A stretch of 64,000 bases of DNA from Desulfomicrobium sp. (GCA_040768745.1 JAXGMI010000001.1:704001-768000), one strand, 5' to 3'; positions 49,934 to 61,373 are shown, counted from the first letter of the stretch. Notes: generated from the sequence alone by a model not told the origin. Numbers and translations are program-made.

Positions 49934-49968
49934 AAAAAAAGAGGCCGCACCCTGCGGATGCAGCCTCT
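49934..49968 (-). terminator. Rho-independent terminator after rpsA
   Basis: On the minus strand: agaggctgcatcc gca gggtgcggcctc followed by a T7 tract. Confidence 0.75.
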
Positions 49969-50014
49969 GTGTCACACGCGGGTGCCGGCACGAAGCTGCC
50001 GCTTCACCACGCCA

Positions 50015-51751
<1,737 letters not shown>

Positions 51752-51914
51752 ACGTTTACCCCCCTAACGAAAAATAAATTTGGGCAGTCCTAGCAGAGGG
51801 ACCCTGCCTTGACAACCAGAATAATCTCCGGAAAAAAGATTGCTTTTCCGCCCCAGTTCTTCGTCTTCACGGGCAATTCCACGATCTCGTCGCGCACCTT
51901 GGCGCTGGTCTTTT

Positions 51915-53213
51915 CTAGGCCAGGGCCACCAGGTCATAGGTCTTGGTCTCTTCGATGACTGCCCGGACCATCCGGCCCGGGGCCGCCCCTTCCCCGCTGA
52001 CATAGGTGATCCCGTCCACCTCCGGGGCCTGGAACCAGGTCCGCCCCTCGAACAGACCGGGCCACTCCTCATGCGGGCGATCCACCAGCACATCCAGCTC
52101 CTGTCCCTCGAACTGCTGCAGGATTTCCGCACTGATGCCGGCCTGAAGAGCCATGATCCGGTCCCGCCGCTCCTCTTTGACCTCGTCCGGGATCTGGTCC
52201 GGCAGCATGGCCGCCTCGGAACCCTCCTCCGCGTAATAGGGAAACACGCCCAGATGCGTGAAGCGGGTCTCGCGCACAAAGGCCTCCAGGGCCGCGAAGT
52301 GGGCCTCGGTTTCACCCGGATAGCCGACGATGAAGGTTGTGCGCAGGGCAGCCCCGGGGAAAAATTCCCGGACCTGCTCCACCACCGCTCGCGGGTCGCG
52401 GCGAAAGGGCCTGCCCATGGAGGAGAGAATGTCCGGATGGGCGTGCTGCAGGGGGATGTCGAAATACGGGACGAACGGCTGGCCCAGGCCGGAGAGAAAG
52501 CCCAGCAATGCCTTGTCCAGCCCGGCCGGATAGAGGTACATGAGGCGCAGCCATTGCAGTCCGGGCATGGATGCCAGACCTTCCAGCAAGCACGGGAGGG
52601 CGTTCTTTTCCCCACGTTCCCGGCCATAGGCGGTCACATCCTGGGCAATGAGCACGAGTTCGCTGCGGCCCTGAGCCAGACAGTGCCGGGCGTCGTCCAG
52701 TATTTCCTGCTCAGGCCGGCTGCTGAGGGGGCCCCGGATGGAGGGGATGGTGCAGAACCGGCAGCGGTTATCGCATCCTTCGGCGATCTTCAGATAGGCA
52801 TACCCCGGGGCCGAGGTCAGCAGCCTGGACCGGACATACGTCAGCTCCCGACCCAGCAGCTCGCGAACGCGGCTGCCCAGCTCGCCATGCCGGGCGATCT
52901 CCAGGAAAAGGTCCACCTCGGGCAATTCCCGGGACAGATCCTGTCCATACCGGGAGACGAGGCAGCCCGTGACCACCAGCAGGGGTTTGGGGTGTCTCCC
53001 GGCCAGGGCCTGGGCTGTGTCCAGGATGACTTGCAGAGATTCGCTCACGGCAGGCTCGATGAATCCGCAGGTATTGATCAGGACCACCTCGGCCTCCTCG
53101 GGCGTGGCCGCGTTGACAAAGCTGGCGCCGAATCCCCCCAGCATCCACTCGGTGTCCACCAGATTCTTGGGGCAGCCGAGACTTATGGCATGTATGCGAA
53201 TCTTCTCCATCAC
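51915..53213 (-). CDS. rimO: Ribosomal protein S12 methylthiotransferase
   Basis: SLGCPKNLVD, INTCGFI, EGCDNRCRFCTIP, RTTFIVGYPGE and APEVDG motifs. Confidence 0.95.
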   Translation of the reverse strand: MMEKIRIHAISLGCPKNLVDTEWMLGGFGASFVNAATPEEAEVVLINTCGFIEPAVSESLQVILDTAQALAGRHPKPLLVVTGCLVSRYGQDLSRELPEVDLFLEIARHGELGSRVRELLGRELTYVRSRLLTSAPGYAYLKIAEGCDNRCRFCTIPSIRGPLSSRPEQEILDDARHCLAQGRSELVLIAQDVTAYGRERGEKNALPCLLEGLASMPGLQWLRLMYLYPAGLDKALLGFLSGLGQPFVPYFDIPLQHAHPDILSSMGRPFRRDPRAVVEQVREFFPGAALRTTFIVGYPGETEAHFAALEAFVRETRFTHLGVFPYYAEEGSEAAMLPDQIPDEVKEERRDRIMALQAGISAEILQQFEGQELDVLVDRPHEEWPGLFEGRTWFQAPEVDGITYVSGEGAAPGRMVRAVIEETKTYDLVALA

Positions 53214-54241
53214 TCCTCCACATCCAGAAAGATATCCTGCTCAGGCCAGAACGCCACCCGGTCCCTGCTGATGCCAAGATGTTCCAGGGCCGGGGCATTG
53301 GCCCGCCCATGCCCCCACAATTCCCCCTGCAGACGGCGGGGCAGAAGGGCCCGGCTGACCTTGCGGCCAGCAAGCTTCTCCTGCAAAAACAGACGCAGGG
53401 CCTCGGACCGGACCATGCTCCCGAAGGCTGGATGCCACGGTCCGGCCATCAGCTTGGCCAGCATTTCCCTCTCACTGGCCAGACCCAGACGGATGACCCG
53501 GATCCCCGCCTCCCAGAATCGCAGTACGGCCCAGCCCGTTTCCGCCACGGCAAGGTCCAGGGACCAGGGCGAATACTCACCCCGGATGAACATTCGGTCC
53601 AGCTCCGTCCCGGCCATGACGACGCAGGGGTAGATGCGAATCACGCTCGGGGCAAGCCTCAGTGCCTTCCCCACATCCTCTCTCCAGGTGGCCTCGCCAT
53701 GGCCGGGCAGGCCCGGCAAAAGCTGGATGCCCAGCTCCAGCCCACCTGCGCGGACCATGCGACAGGCCTCCTCTGCCACCTGCCCCGCATATCCCCGACC
53801 GCTGTTGCGCAATACGTCCGTGTCAAAGGTCTGCACGCCGATTTCGATCATATCAACCCCATCCCGGCGCAAGCGGGCAATGGTGTCGACGTCGATCCTG
53901 TCCGGTCGGGTGGAGAGGCGGAGGTGCTGCAGTTGCCCACTGGCCCGAAACCGCGCAGCCAGGTTCAGGAACAGATTCTGCGACCTTTCGTCCAGTCCCG
54001 TGAAAGTCCCTCCGAAAAAGCCGAGAGCGTATGGCTTTTCCTCGCGGGACAGCCGCCCCTCCAGGGTTTCCAGGACCTGGGAGCTGGCCTGCGGCCGCAC
54101 TCCTGTCTGGAGCTGCTGGTCGCAGAACACGCAGCGCCCTGGACACCCTGCAAAGGGGAGGAAAACCGGAACAAGGCGGATTTTCTGCCTCTCTGGTTCG
54201 GGATGGGCCAAGCGCAGGGTCCGAATTTTTTCCATGCTCAT
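53210..54241 (-). CDS. Radical SAM protein (Elp3/YhcC-like)
   Basis: PVFLPFAGCPGRCVFCDQ, FFGGTFT, LSTRPD, EIGVQ and AGPWHPAFG motifs; start at 54241 or 54235. Confidence 0.85.
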   Translation of the reverse strand: MSMEKIRTLRLAHPEPERQKIRLVPVFLPFAGCPGRCVFCDQQLQTGVRPQASSQVLETLEGRLSREEKPYALGFFGGTFTGLDERSQNLFLNLAARFRASGQLQHLRLSTRPDRIDVDTIARLRRDGVDMIEIGVQTFDTDVLRNSGRGYAGQVAEEACRMVRAGGLELGIQLLPGLPGHGEATWREDVGKALRLAPSVIRIYPCVVMAGTELDRMFIRGEYSPWSLDLAVAETGWAVLRFWEAGIRVIRLGLASEREMLAKLMAGPWHPAFGSMVRSEALRLFLQEKLAGRKVSRALLPRRLQGELWGHGRANAPALEHLGISRDRVAFWPEQDIFLDVEE

Positions 54242-54416
54242 CAAAAAGAAAAAAAACAACGTGTTATGCTTGAAAAAAAAACTTCCATTCGATAAAGAGT
54301 AAACAGATGTCTGATCCCCAATGCGGAGACCTGCCTGGGCGGGTCTGATTCAGAGCGTCGCAGCGCAACATAGCCTTGAATCTGCGTCGGAGCCCGTCCC
54401 GGCGCCAGGAGGACCG

Positions 54417-54710
54417 ATGAGCACAAATACCCTGACGAAAGCCGAAATCGTCGACAACATTTACGAAAAATCCGAACGCAACCGGGCGGAGGTCAAGGCG
54501 CAGGTCGAAACCATGCTCGATATCATGAAAGACGCCATCAAGAAGGATCATTCCCTCCTGATCAGCGGATTCGGAAAATTTGAGGCCTACGACAAGGACG
54601 CGCGCAAGGGCCGCAATCCACAAACCAGTGAATCCATCATCCTGGCTGAGCGCAAGGTCGTGGTATTCCGCATTTCCCGCAAGCTCCGGGCTGAACTCAA
54701 TCCGCAATAA
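54417..54710 (+). CDS. ihfA: Integration host factor alpha-like subunit
   Basis: TLTKAEIV, ISGFGKF and RKGRNPQT motifs; AGGAGG RBS. Confidence 0.85.
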   Translation: MSTNTLTKAEIVDNIYEKSERNRAEVKAQVETMLDIMKDAIKKDHSLLISGFGKFEAYDKDARKGRNPQTSESIILAERKVVVFRISRKLRAELNPQ

Positions 54711-55464
54711 CGAAGCAATCCGGGCTTTCTTTGCTCAGCCGTAACCTGTTGGCCTCGGCCTCGGGCAGACTGGAGAAGGCCCCGATCTGTACCCGCCAAT
54801 ATGTCGTGCCGCCCAGTTCCCCCATGGTGATGCGGGTGCCGGGAAAGCCCCTGGCCACGAGCTTGTCCCTGAGCCGTCTGGCATTCTCCTGCACCACGAA
54901 GGCGCCGTACTGTACGTAAAAGGGGCCCACGTACTGGATCCGCTCGCCCGGGATGGTCTGCAGATAAACCCGGGCCGTGCCCGGACCGACCACACCCAGC
55001 ATGTCTGCCGCCGCATAGGACAAATCGATGACCCTGTTGTTGACGAAAGGCCCGCGGTCGTTGACGCGCACCTCCGCCGTGCGGCCGTTTTCGAGGTTGC
55101 GGACCAGCAACCGCGTATTCATAGGCAGGATGCGGTGGGCCGCCGTCATCTGGTACATGTCGTACCATTCGCCGTTGGCCGTCTTCTTGCCGTGAAAATC
55201 TGGACCGTACCAGGAGGCCACACCGGTTTCCGAATAGCCTTCGGCGGAGCCCAGGGGATAATAGGTCTGGCCCAGCACAGTGTAGGGTTTGTAAGTCCCG
55301 CCTTTGCCCTTGGGGGACGGGGGTGTGCCTGACGGCGATGACGGAGAGCCGATCCCCGGAATGTATTTGGAGCTGCAACCGGCCAGGCCCACCCACAGAA
55401 GCAGAAGGCCCAGCACCACCGTCAGGCCCCGGCGCGTGTACCCTGGGCGCTGCCGCCGACTCAT
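54697..55464 (-). CDS. rlpA: Septal ring lytic transglycosylase RlpA-family lipoprotein
   Basis: Lipobox LAGC, GVASWYG, TAAHRILP, VNDRGPF and IDLS motifs; C-terminal SPOR domain. Confidence 0.92.
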   Translation of the reverse strand: MSRRQRPGYTRRGLTVVLGLLLLWVGLAGCSSKYIPGIGSPSSPSGTPPSPKGKGGTYKPYTVLGQTYYPLGSAEGYSETGVASWYGPDFHGKKTANGEWYDMYQMTAAHRILPMNTRLLVRNLENGRTAEVRVNDRGPFVNNRVIDLSYAAADMLGVVGPGTARVYLQTIPGERIQYVGPFYVQYGAFVVQENARRLRDKLVARGFPGTRITMGELGGTTYWRVQIGAFSSLPEAEANRLRLSKESPDCFVIAD

Positions 55465-56066
55465 GTCTCGATCACCTTCACCGACAGCACAACGCCACCA
55501 TCAGCCCTGTCCAGCAGTCTGCGTATTTCCGCCCCGCTGACCGGTGTTCCGTTCCAGGTGCACACGCAATCGTCCAGCCGCATGTCCTGATCGTCCAAGA
55601 AATCGCCCAAGGCGTCCGCGCGCACAACCACTCCCTGACCCAGGATAGGCCGAAAACAGTCTGTGGCCACGAAATTGAACATCTTCAACGTGGCCACACC
55701 TCCGGAGTGGGCCCTCTCCTGCTTGCTGAGCAAATCCGGACGGAACGCCTTGATGGGACTGGACCTGCGCAGGGCAATCCCGCACAGCCCCGGCATGGTC
55801 CCGCTCATGCCCACCGCGTCGCCGTCCCCGACAATCTCCGCAGCCCAGTCGTCCACCGGCGAGTTGTTCAGGAAAAGCCCAGGCACGCTGTTGATCGCGT
55901 ACTGTACGTCCATGCCCAAGACCTTGGTCATGAAATCGCGCACACTGACCGCCTTGGTCAAAAACACCCCCACTCCCCGGCGGAGCAGACCTGCCCAGAC
56001 CGAAGCTTGCGTTTCCGGAGCCGCAATGGACAAATGGTTTGAACCCGCTTCAATTATGTCCTGCAT
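55461..56066 (-). CDS. Hypothetical protein (201 aa) with a ThiS/MoaD-like internal segment
   Basis: AAGGA RBS, overlaps the rlpA start; contains LFLNNSPVDD...GDGDAVGMSGTMPG. Confidence 0.7.
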   Translation of the reverse strand: MQDIIEAGSNHLSIAAPETQASVWAGLLRRGVGVFLTKAVSVRDFMTKVLGMDVQYAINSVPGLFLNNSPVDDWAAEIVGDGDAVGMSGTMPGLCGIALRRSSPIKAFRPDLLSKQERAHSGGVATLKMFNFVATDCFRPILGQGVVVRADALGDFLDDQDMRLDDCVCTWNGTPVSGAEIRRLLDRADGGVVLSVKVIET

Positions 56067-56170
56067 GGCACAACATCCTTTTTTTCTTGACTTTATCCAG
56101 CAACTGTCCGCTAACAAAAGTGAAATACACATTGCCGTGCTTCTGTACACGAAACCCAAAGGAGATACCC

Positions 56171-57892
56171 ATGAAGATTCTACGCATCAATACGCGGACC
56201 AAGGGCTATACGTTCGAGTCCTGTGGAGCCTTGTCCGGTCTGGGTGGTCGGGCCCTGACGTCACGAGTGGTGAATAAGGAAGTTCCGGCGGACTGTCACC
56301 CGCTTTCCGCGGACAACAAGCTGGTCATTGCCGGCGGTGTTCTGGCCCCGACCAACGCGGCCAATTCCGGCCGTGTGTCCGTGGGGTCCAAGTCGCCGCT
56401 GACCGGTGGCATCAAGGAGAGCAATTCCGGCGGGCAGTTCGCGCACACGCTGCCCAAGCTGGGCCTGCAGGCCATCATCCTGGAGGACAAGCCGGCGGCG
56501 GGCAGCCCCATGCAGGAGATTTTCATCACGGCGGACAAGGTGGTGTTCAAGGATTCCGCCGTGGCCGGGATGCGCACGTACGCGGCCCAGGAGAAGCTGC
56601 TGGCGGCATATGGAGAGAAGGCCGTGACGGCCATGGTCGGCCCTGCCGGGGAGCAGTGTCTGTCCGCGGCCACCATTCAGTTCTCGGATCCCGAAGGCCT
56701 GCCGTCCCGTTCGGCCGGCCGCGGGGGCATGGGTGCGGTCATGGGTTCCAAGGGCGTGAAGGCCATCATCCTGGACCCGGAGGCCGATGTGAAGACCGCA
56801 TACGGCAATGAGGAGCTGTTCAAGGAGGCCCGCAAGGAGTGGGTCGACATCCTGCGCAACCATCCCGTGACCAGTCAGGGTCTGCCCGGGTTCGGCACGG
56901 CCGTGCTGGTCAACGTCATCAACGAGGCCGGGGCCCTGCCGACCAAGAACTTCCGCTCGGGCAAGTTCGACAGGGCGGAGAAGATCTCCGGGGAAACCCT
57001 GGCCGCCAATATCGAGAAGCGTGGGGGCAAGACCAAGCACGGCTGCCACACGGGCTGCATCATCCAGTGCTCCCAGGTCTATCATGACCAGTCGGGCAAG
57101 TACCTGACCACGGGTTTTGAGTACGAGACCATCTGGGGTTTTGGGGCCAATCTGACCATCGACAATCTGGACGACATCGCTGTCATGGACCGGACCTGCG
57201 ACGAAGTGGGGGTGGACACCATCGAGATGGCCAACACCATGGCCATGGCCATGGAGGCTGGGGTCATCGCCTGGGGCGACAGCAAGGGTGTCATCGCGGA
57301 GCTGAACAAGGTCGGGACCAAGGACCCGCTGGGCCGGATCTACGGCAACGGCACGGGCTTCACGGCCCAGGCATTTGGCGTGGACCGGGTGCCGACCGTC
57401 AAGAACCAGGCCCTGCCGGCCTACGACCCGCGTGCGGTCAAGGGCGTGGGCGTGACCTACGCCACCACGCCCATGGGGGCGGACCACACGGCCGGATACG
57501 GCGTGTGCCAGAACGTGTTGAAGGTAGGCGGGGATGTGGATGGGCACAAGAAGGAAGGCAACATCGCCATCTCCAAGAATCTGCAGGTGGCCACGGCGGC
57601 CGTGGATTCGCTCGGTCTGTGCCTGTTCGTGGCCTTTGCGATCCTTGACGACGCCCGCGGGGTGCCGTGCATGGCCAGGCTGGTGTCCGGTCTGACGGGC
57701 AGGGATTTCAGCGTGGACGAGATGATCGCCATGGGCGCGAACTGCCTGAAGGACGAGCTGGACTTCAACAGGCGGGCCGGCTTCACCGACGCCGACGACC
57801 AGCTGCCCCGCTTCTTCCAGCAGGAAACCCTTCCCCCGCATGGCGTCAGCTGGGGCTATTCCGCACAGGAACTCCAGGACGCAAAGGTCTAG
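56171..57892 (+). CDS. aor: Aldehyde:ferredoxin oxidoreductase (tungsten-cofactor family)
   Basis: MKILRIN, KSPLTGGIKESNSGG, GRGGMGAVMGSK.VKAI, GCHTGCIIQC, EYET and DEVGVDTI motifs. Confidence 0.93.
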   Translation: MKILRINTRTKGYTFESCGALSGLGGRALTSRVVNKEVPADCHPLSADNKLVIAGGVLAPTNAANSGRVSVGSKSPLTGGIKESNSGGQFAHTLPKLGLQAIILEDKPAAGSPMQEIFITADKVVFKDSAVAGMRTYAAQEKLLAAYGEKAVTAMVGPAGEQCLSAATIQFSDPEGLPSRSAGRGGMGAVMGSKGVKAIILDPEADVKTAYGNEELFKEARKEWVDILRNHPVTSQGLPGFGTAVLVNVINEAGALPTKNFRSGKFDRAEKISGETLAANIEKRGGKTKHGCHTGCIIQCSQVYHDQSGKYLTTGFEYETIWGFGANLTIDNLDDIAVMDRTCDEVGVDTIEMANTMAMAMEAGVIAWGDSKGVIAELNKVGTKDPLGRIYGNGTGFTAQAFGVDRVPTVKNQALPAYDPRAVKGVGVTYATTPMGADHTAGYGVCQNVLKVGGDVDGHKKEGNIAISKNLQVATAAVDSLGLCLFVAFAILDDARGVPCMARLVSGLTGRDFSVDEMIAMGANCLKDELDFNRRAGFTDADDQLPRFFQQETLPPHGVSWGYSAQELQDAKV

Positions 57893-57917
57893 CCCCGGCT
57901 CCCATGGCTTCACAACG

Positions 57918-57950
57918 ACGAATCCCCGCCTTGCGGCGGGGATTCGTTTT
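57918..57950 (+). terminator. Rho-independent terminator after aor
   Basis: acgaatccccgcc ttgc ggcggggattcgtttt. Confidence 0.8.
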
Positions 57951-57983
57951 CCCGGGCCCGGAATCAGCCGCCCTCCGACGCAG

Positions 57984-59801
57984 TCACTCCTTCTCCTTCA
58001 TGGACCGCAGGGTCTTGGCGTAGGCCGTGAACACGTCCTCCCTGGCCAGCATGCCCAGGACCCTGGTTTCGTCTTCGCCGTCCACCACGGGCAGCTGGGC
58101 CAGATCCGACTCAACGAACTTGAGCAGGGCCGTGTAGAGGTCCTCGTCGGGGCGCAGCAGGACCGCGCTGCGGGCCACGTCACCGGCCACCAGGATCTCG
58201 CAGAGGGTTTCCTCGTAGAGAACCCTGCGCAGGTCTTGCAGGGAAAGGATACCCGAAATCCTGTCGTCCTTGCCCCGCACCGGAAAGCAGAGTTCGTTTG
58301 AGTTGACGATGATGTCCGTCAGGGCGCCGAAATGCGTGCCCTCCTCCACGATGCTGACGCGTCCGGGCTTGTAGTGGTCCCGGACCTGCTCGCGCTCCAG
58401 GATGTTGATGGTCGAGTCGCTCACGTGGGCCGGAGAGTCGAACTTGTTGTCCACCTGGTTCTCGTAGAGGGAGGTCCTGCGGCCCAGCACGATGGTCACG
58501 GCCGAGGCCAGCATGAGGGGGGCCAGAAGGCCGTAGCCCTGGGTCAGCTCGCAGACCATGACCAGGGGACCGACAGGGGCGTTGGCCACGCCGGAAAAAA
58601 ACGCGGCCATGCCCACCAGCACGTACCCTCCTGGTTCTGTCACGATATGCGGGAACGTGCGCTGGGCAAGGGCGCCCACCACGCCGCCGCTCATGCCGCC
58701 CACGAAAAGGGCGGGAGCGAACATGCCTCCGCTCATACCCGACCCGAGGACCACGGACGTGGCCAGGGTTTTGCCGACGATCATCCCGGCCATCATGGTC
58801 ACCGAAAGCTTGCCGAGCATGGCGAGTTCCAGCCAGCCCTGGCCGCCGCCCAGAAGCTGCGGGAAAGCGTACCCCAGCCCGGCCATGCCGAGCCCGCCGA
58901 GGGTCAGGGCCGGCATGAACCCGAAGCGGTCCGTCAGGGGCCAGAAGACCTTGTATTTGATGGCCCGGAACGTCCCCACGTAGAACCAGCCTGTCGCCGC
59001 ACAGACCAGGCCAAGCAGGGCGTAGAAGGGCAACTCACGGATATCGGAGAATTCGAACCTGGGAATGCCGAAGATGGGATCCGCCCCGAAGACCAGGGTG
59101 AAAATCGAATAGGAAACCACTGAGGACAGGATGGACGGGAGCAGGGCCTCGGCCTCGAAGTCTTCGCGGTAGATGACCTCCACAGCCGTGAGGGCGCCGC
59201 CCAGGGGGGCGCGGAAGATGGCCCCTAGGCCACCGGCTGCACCCGCCAGAAGCATGATGCGCCGCTCCTTGGCCGAAAGGCGCAGCTTCCCGGCCAGCCA
59301 GGAACCGCACCCCGCCCCGAGCAGGGAAATGGGCCCCTCGCGCCCGGCGCTGCCGCCGGCGGCAATGGTCAGTACCGACGTCCCGACCTTGATGAGCGGA
59401 ACGGCAGGAAGAATGCGCCCTCCCTGCTGGTGGAAGGCCTTGATCATGGTGTCCGTGCCGTCGGTGCCGCCGTGCCGCGTCTGGGGTACGAAACGGCTCA
59501 CCAGCCAGCCGGTAAGGAGTCCCACCCCGCCCAGAAAGACAAAAAGCAGCCAGGGCCTGGCAGGACCGGACGGCCCGCTGAAAAGCCGCTCTCCGGCCGG
59601 TGCCGGCACGGAGAACCCGGCCAAGTGGTGCAGCAGGAAATGCCCCAGGGCCTCGACCCCGACATAGAAGACCACGGCGCCCAGGCCCGTCATGGCCCCG
59701 ACCACGATGCCCAGGGCCAGCCATTTGAAGCTCAGAATGGAGCGGTAGCTGCGGATGAGATCCGTATGAACGCCAAAGAGGGAACGGAGAAAGGCGCGCA
59801 T
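57984..59801 (-). CDS. ClC-family chloride channel/antiporter with CBS domains
   Basis: GGSAGREGP, GAAGGLGAIFRAP and GGMFAP motifs; C-terminal CBS pair. Confidence 0.93.
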   Translation of the reverse strand: MRAFLRSLFGVHTDLIRSYRSILSFKWLALGIVVGAMTGLGAVVFYVGVEALGHFLLHHLAGFSVPAPAGERLFSGPSGPARPWLLFVFLGGVGLLTGWLVSRFVPQTRHGGTDGTDTMIKAFHQQGGRILPAVPLIKVGTSVLTIAAGGSAGREGPISLLGAGCGSWLAGKLRLSAKERRIMLLAGAAGGLGAIFRAPLGGALTAVEVIYREDFEAEALLPSILSSVVSYSIFTLVFGADPIFGIPRFEFSDIRELPFYALLGLVCAATGWFYVGTFRAIKYKVFWPLTDRFGFMPALTLGGLGMAGLGYAFPQLLGGGQGWLELAMLGKLSVTMMAGMIVGKTLATSVVLGSGMSGGMFAPALFVGGMSGGVVGALAQRTFPHIVTEPGGYVLVGMAAFFSGVANAPVGPLVMVCELTQGYGLLAPLMLASAVTIVLGRRTSLYENQVDNKFDSPAHVSDSTINILEREQVRDHYKPGRVSIVEEGTHFGALTDIIVNSNELCFPVRGKDDRISGILSLQDLRRVLYEETLCEILVAGDVARSAVLLRPDEDLYTALLKFVESDLAQLPVVDGEDETRVLGMLAREDVFTAYAKTLRSMKEKE

Positions 59802-59811
59802 GGATTCGCGG

Positions 59812-60756
59812 TCAGACCAGACGGGCTTCGGGCAGGGCCAGGATGGTCCGTCCCAGCGCAATGTCCTTGCCGATCTGAGTCTTCAGTTCCTCCAGACCAG
59901 AAAACTTGCGCTCCCCGCGCAGGCGTTGCACGAAATGAACTTTCAGATCCCTTCCGTACAGGTCGGACTGGAAGTCGAGGATGTGCACTTCCACGGACAG
60001 GACCTCGTTGCCGAAGGTCGGATTGTATCCGATGTTGGCCACGGCTGGCTGGATCTGGCCGTCCACCTCGGCCCAGCAGCAATACACCCCGGTCTTGGGA
60101 AAAAGTTCATCCCGCAGGTGCACGTTGGCCGTGGGAAAGCCCAGCAGCCGCCCCCCCCTGTCCTGGCCGTGGACCACTGTTCCGGCCACGCGGTAGAATC
60201 TGCCCAGCAAAGGACGCACGGCCCAGACATCCCCGGCTTCCACCAGGTCCCGGATCCGCGTGGAGCTGACCACCGCCTGATCGACAAGAACCGGCTCCAG
60301 CTGCTCCACCCCGAACCCCCACTGTTTGCCCAGGACGGACAGCAGGGCGTAATTGCCTGCCCTGCCCTTGCCGAAGGCGTAGTCATATCCGATGACGAGT
60401 TCCCTGACGTTGAGGCCTTCCACCAGAATGCGGCGCACGAAGTCCTCGGGGGCCATGCTGGCCAGGGGCTGGTTGAATTCGAGGCACAGGAGATGGTCGA
60501 TGCCAAGACCGCCGATGAGTTCGGCCTTGTGGTCGGGCATGGTGATGAAGGGAGGCGTCTTCTTGCCGGTGAAAAAACGCAGGGGATGGGGTTCAAAAGT
60601 GATGACCACAGACGGCAGACCGAGGCTGACGGCCCGGTCCCGGACCCGGGCGATGAGTCGCTGGTGTCCGATATGGACCCCATCGAAATTGCCGATGGTC
60701 ACGCAGGACCCCTGTGCAAGACCGCCGATCTGATCCGGCCAGGTGACGCAATGCAT
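59812..60756 (-). CDS. ribF: Bifunctional riboflavin kinase / FAD synthetase
   Basis: IGNFDGVHIGH, TFEPHP, SSTRIR, LGFPTAN, EVHILDF and RGERKF motifs. Confidence 0.97.
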   Translation of the reverse strand: MHCVTWPDQIGGLAQGSCVTIGNFDGVHIGHQRLIARVRDRAVSLGLPSVVITFEPHPLRFFTGKKTPPFITMPDHKAELIGGLGIDHLLCLEFNQPLASMAPEDFVRRILVEGLNVRELVIGYDYAFGKGRAGNYALLSVLGKQWGFGVEQLEPVLVDQAVVSSTRIRDLVEAGDVWAVRPLLGRFYRVAGTVVHGQDRGGRLLGFPTANVHLRDELFPKTGVYCCWAEVDGQIQPAVANIGYNPTFGNEVLSVEVHILDFQSDLYGRDLKVHFVQRLRGERKFSGLEELKTQIGKDIALGRTILALPEARLV

Positions 60757-60932
60757 GAATGTTCTTCCTCCCGAGGACAGGCTGGGCTTGCGTCTATACT
60801 AAAAGTATACAGGGTTCAACAAAGACCAGTGCGCCGTATTCCCGGTTGGTGACGGGCCAGAAAATTTCGGGCCCCCAGACAAAAGGTCTTGCCAAAGCCC
60901 CGCGGCTTGCTTAATGACGCTCTTCACGCCGT

Positions 60933-61019
60933 GCCGAAGTGGTGGAATTGGTAGACACGCTAGGTTCAGGGTCTAGTGGGGGTTCCCCCATGGGAGTTCG
61001 AGTCTCCCCTTCGGCACCA
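60933..61019 (+). tRNA. tRNA-Leu (CAG)
   Basis: GCCGAAGTGGTGGAATTGGTAGACACG CTAGG TTCAGGG TCTAG, long variable arm, GTTCGAG, CTTCGGCACCA; 87 nt. Confidence 0.96.
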
Positions 61020-61027
61020 ATAAAATC

Positions 61028-61057
61028 AAGGGGTTGCAGTTCGCTGCAACCCCTTTT
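61028..61057 (+). terminator. tRNA-Leu terminator
   Basis: aaggggttgcag ttcg ctgcaacccctttt. Confidence 0.85.
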
Positions 61058-61373
61058 CTCTTCGGCTTTCTTTGAACCAGGGCCTTCCTTCCGCGCAACA
61101 GGAGTGTGCCGGGTCTGTTAGGAAGCGAAGTGTTTGGCACAGCAGGGACATAATGGGATTGAAGGGGATATGGTGGGATGAGTGCTGGAGCGGCGAGGGT
61201 TGGCGGGTGGTTTTAATTTTATTTTTCGTGCTGGTGGATTTGCGGGGGTTTTGGCGCGTAGTCGGTTTGGTTGAGAGAAATTAGCGGGCTATTTGGCGCA
61301 GGTGATTTTTCAGAATGGGTGTTTTTGGTGTCAGGGGTGCTGACGTTAGATATGGGGCCAGGTGGCCCTTTTT

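Noticed and set aside
57984..59801. Fluoride-specific CLC-F exporter
   Set aside because: It has GREGP and GMFAP rather than the GREGT/GEVTP signatures, carries CBS domains, and shows no fluoride riboswitch.
60933..61115. tRNA-Leu as the att site of an integrase-type island
   Set aside because: No integrase or duplicated tRNA 3' end is in the window, the tRNA terminator is intact, and Mu-like end repeats explain the boundary better. It cannot be fully excluded without the far end.
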